DNA from: Ramazzottius varieornatus
Taxonomy: Eukaryota > Animalia > Tardigrada
Assembly: GCA_001949185.1 (NCBI GenBank)
Contig: BDGG01000013.1
Coordinates: 1,442,617-1,506,616 of the forward strand
Length of the DNA: 64,000 nucleotides
Direction: 5' to 3'
Below, one piece after another: positions 62,086 through 64,000 of this stretch. Within the stretch, counting starts at the first letter, position 1; every line of letters starts with the position of its first letter. Made by a program: the position numbers and the translations under genes. A model generated the notes under the pieces. The model had not been told where the DNA came from. It saw only the letters and a list, made by a program, of their open reading frames with translations, and made no database searches.

Positions 62086-64000
62086 TCATTCATCAAGGGA
62101 TGGGATACGTCGACCGAGAAGTGCGGTAAGGAGATCATAATTAACATTACAAAACCATAGCATTTCAAAATTCAGATCACTGGTTGAGAGTCTACGATCA
62201 CGTATAATCTGACCGGAAATACTGAGAATTCTTTCAATACCGGTAGTTGTCGCAGTAGCGCACAAAACTTGTTTAGCGATAACTGTAAGTGGATTGAAAA
62301 TATCTTGATTTTGTTTCTTGGCGTAGAATTCAAGAGGATTAATCTCATCTCATCTGGAATCCAGATACAGCTGAAACTCAGTTTCGACACCGACTGCCGA
62401 AATAGGGTCTCTTCGCGAGGAAACTGAGGAATGAGGTTCTTTGTCCATGAAGCTAAAGAGCTTCGAACGCTTCACTTTGGGTTCTTCGCTTCGGGATTCT
62501 GGTGATGGTCTTGTTAGCTCGTCACGTCGCATCATTTCCAGCACGATGGCTTGTGTTCTGCTCTTCACGGCTTCCGAATTTTCTGCTCCATGAGTAAAAC
62601 TAAATTTCATATCCGGGTCCAGAAACGCTGCTGTCAAAAACAAGTCGTCGTTCTCAAGCGACGAAAATCTAACATTTAGCTGTTTCAAAAGTTCCTCCGC
62701 GTAGCCGTGAAGAGTTGGGAACTGATCACCATCGAGGATTCCCTGAAGGAAGATGCGAAGGCTGTATGTCAACGGAAGAACTTGGCAAATAGCAGGCACT
62801 CCGTTTCGCTGCGGTGTCTCAAAGGCTTCTTGAAAAAGTCGTCATTTCAACAAAGTGCTCGCGACTCAGCCTGTGTTTGGGATCGAGGCCAGCTGCCGTC
62901 CAGTCTAACTTTATGGCTCGCTCAGCCATGATAAAATTGCTGTTTCATCGAGTGGCGCAACGTGCTTCCAGTGCCATTCCCAGCTCCTTTTCCACATATT
63001 CAGTGCCTTGAGTTGACTTCTTCAGCTTTGCCACAACCGACGCGAGCTTTTCGACTGAGTTTTTTAGCATCTTGCAGTTTTTAACAGGTGTCTTCAGACA
63101 GAGCTGCAGTGTGTGAGCAACACACCGTACCTAAAACATGGTCTCCATATTACAACAATATATTTGCCGTGAATGTAGAGATACGGATTAAAATGCAACG
63201 AATTGAATTAATTTTAGAAAGATCAGCCCGAACTACCAAGATATTTCGGTCTGGCATCAGTTCGTATCGCTGTATCAACTTCTCGGTCACTTCTTCTGCC
63301 AGAGGACTGCTCGTGTCGAGGTCTTCGGCATCTATCGGCTCCAGTTCAAGCTCCTCGTCACCGTAAATGACCTGATGAAAGACATCTTCCATATCGGTAT
63401 CTGCAAACATGACAAAAAAAATCACTAGATATAACATCAAGCTAAAGTGAATTTATTCTGTAAAATCAACAGCTCTTATTATTTACTAAGAATGCAGTTA
63501 AACAGTTTCTTGATTAGAGTTTGACGACTTACCAAATTTGTTTGGATCATGGAGGTCGATAAATCCAGGAAACCAATCTTTGAAAGCATTGACAATGTTT
63601 GCTCCGTTGTCTGTTCCAATGTAGCAAACCTTGTTTTCAATTTCAAACTTCGTTAACACCTCCACAGTCAAATCCAATATTTGATTGGCGTTGTGAATTC
63701 CACTGAATCTCGAGCAGGCTAAAAGGCCATGTTGAAGCTTGAAAGTTTCGTCGATATAATGCGCACTAACTCCGAGGTATCCTCTCTGACGCTTGCTGCT
63801 CCAGATATCGCAATTGATTGCAATGGCAGTGGCACTCTTCAGAAGGTCCAGTACTTTCGTTTCTAACTTCTTGTAGATGCCTGGTAAAAGGCGCCTGGTG
63901 ATGGTGTCCCTTTTAGGCCACTAAATAAAAGTAGTTTATTTGATTATCAGCGAGAGTGGAACGTAGGTGATAATGAAGTAATGATTTCTATTTTTATCCT
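62086..64000 (-). mobile_element. Decayed hAT-superfamily transposase gene (with introns), 5' part outside the window
   Basis: DIWSSKRQRGYLGVSAHYID, IGTDNGANIVNAF, CCSHT, RCATR*NS (W to stop), FLTAAFLDP, and a hATC dimerisation-like end (NPLEFY...IAKQVLCATATTTGIERILSISG). At least two in-frame TGA stops. Confidence 0.88.

Noticed and set aside
62950-62976. GAGTGGCGCAACGTGCTTCCAG in the hAT ORF resembles the core of the ~88-bp palindrome family
   Set aside because: It encodes the conserved CATRWNS motif and lacks the second arm, so it is probably coincidence.

Overview
This is a gene-dense window from a compact animal genome. It has short GT-AG introns and many head-to-head gene pairs. A tardigrade-like genome is plausible from this architecture but is only a guess. 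Conserved genes recognised from translations, in order: YLPM1-like (5' partial), SSR3, PDCD2, RPL23, an M1 aminopeptidase, BRIX1, METTL2-like, SH3BP5-like, EFR3, VPS28, ZRANB2-like, CNOT1, PSMG3, UTP23, RPA43/POLR1F and the first exon of a DHX30-like gene. Between them lie four secreted-type orphan genes: a glycine-zipper prepropeptide, a Cys-domain/basic furin-site protein, a Pro/Gln-rich protein with one globular core, and a Cys-rich gene with a +1 frameshift. The right end holds a complete Tc4/Tc5-type DD37D transposon (145-bp TIRs, TTA duplication at CTTAG, one nonsense codon), apparently nested in the subterminal region of a decayed hAT element. The most striking non-coding signal is a family of about 88-bp palindromes with more than 20 copies, mostly intronic and concentrated in CNOT1. 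Two smaller fixed-length intronic hairpin families and two MITEs are also present. All calls are by eye; no database search was run.
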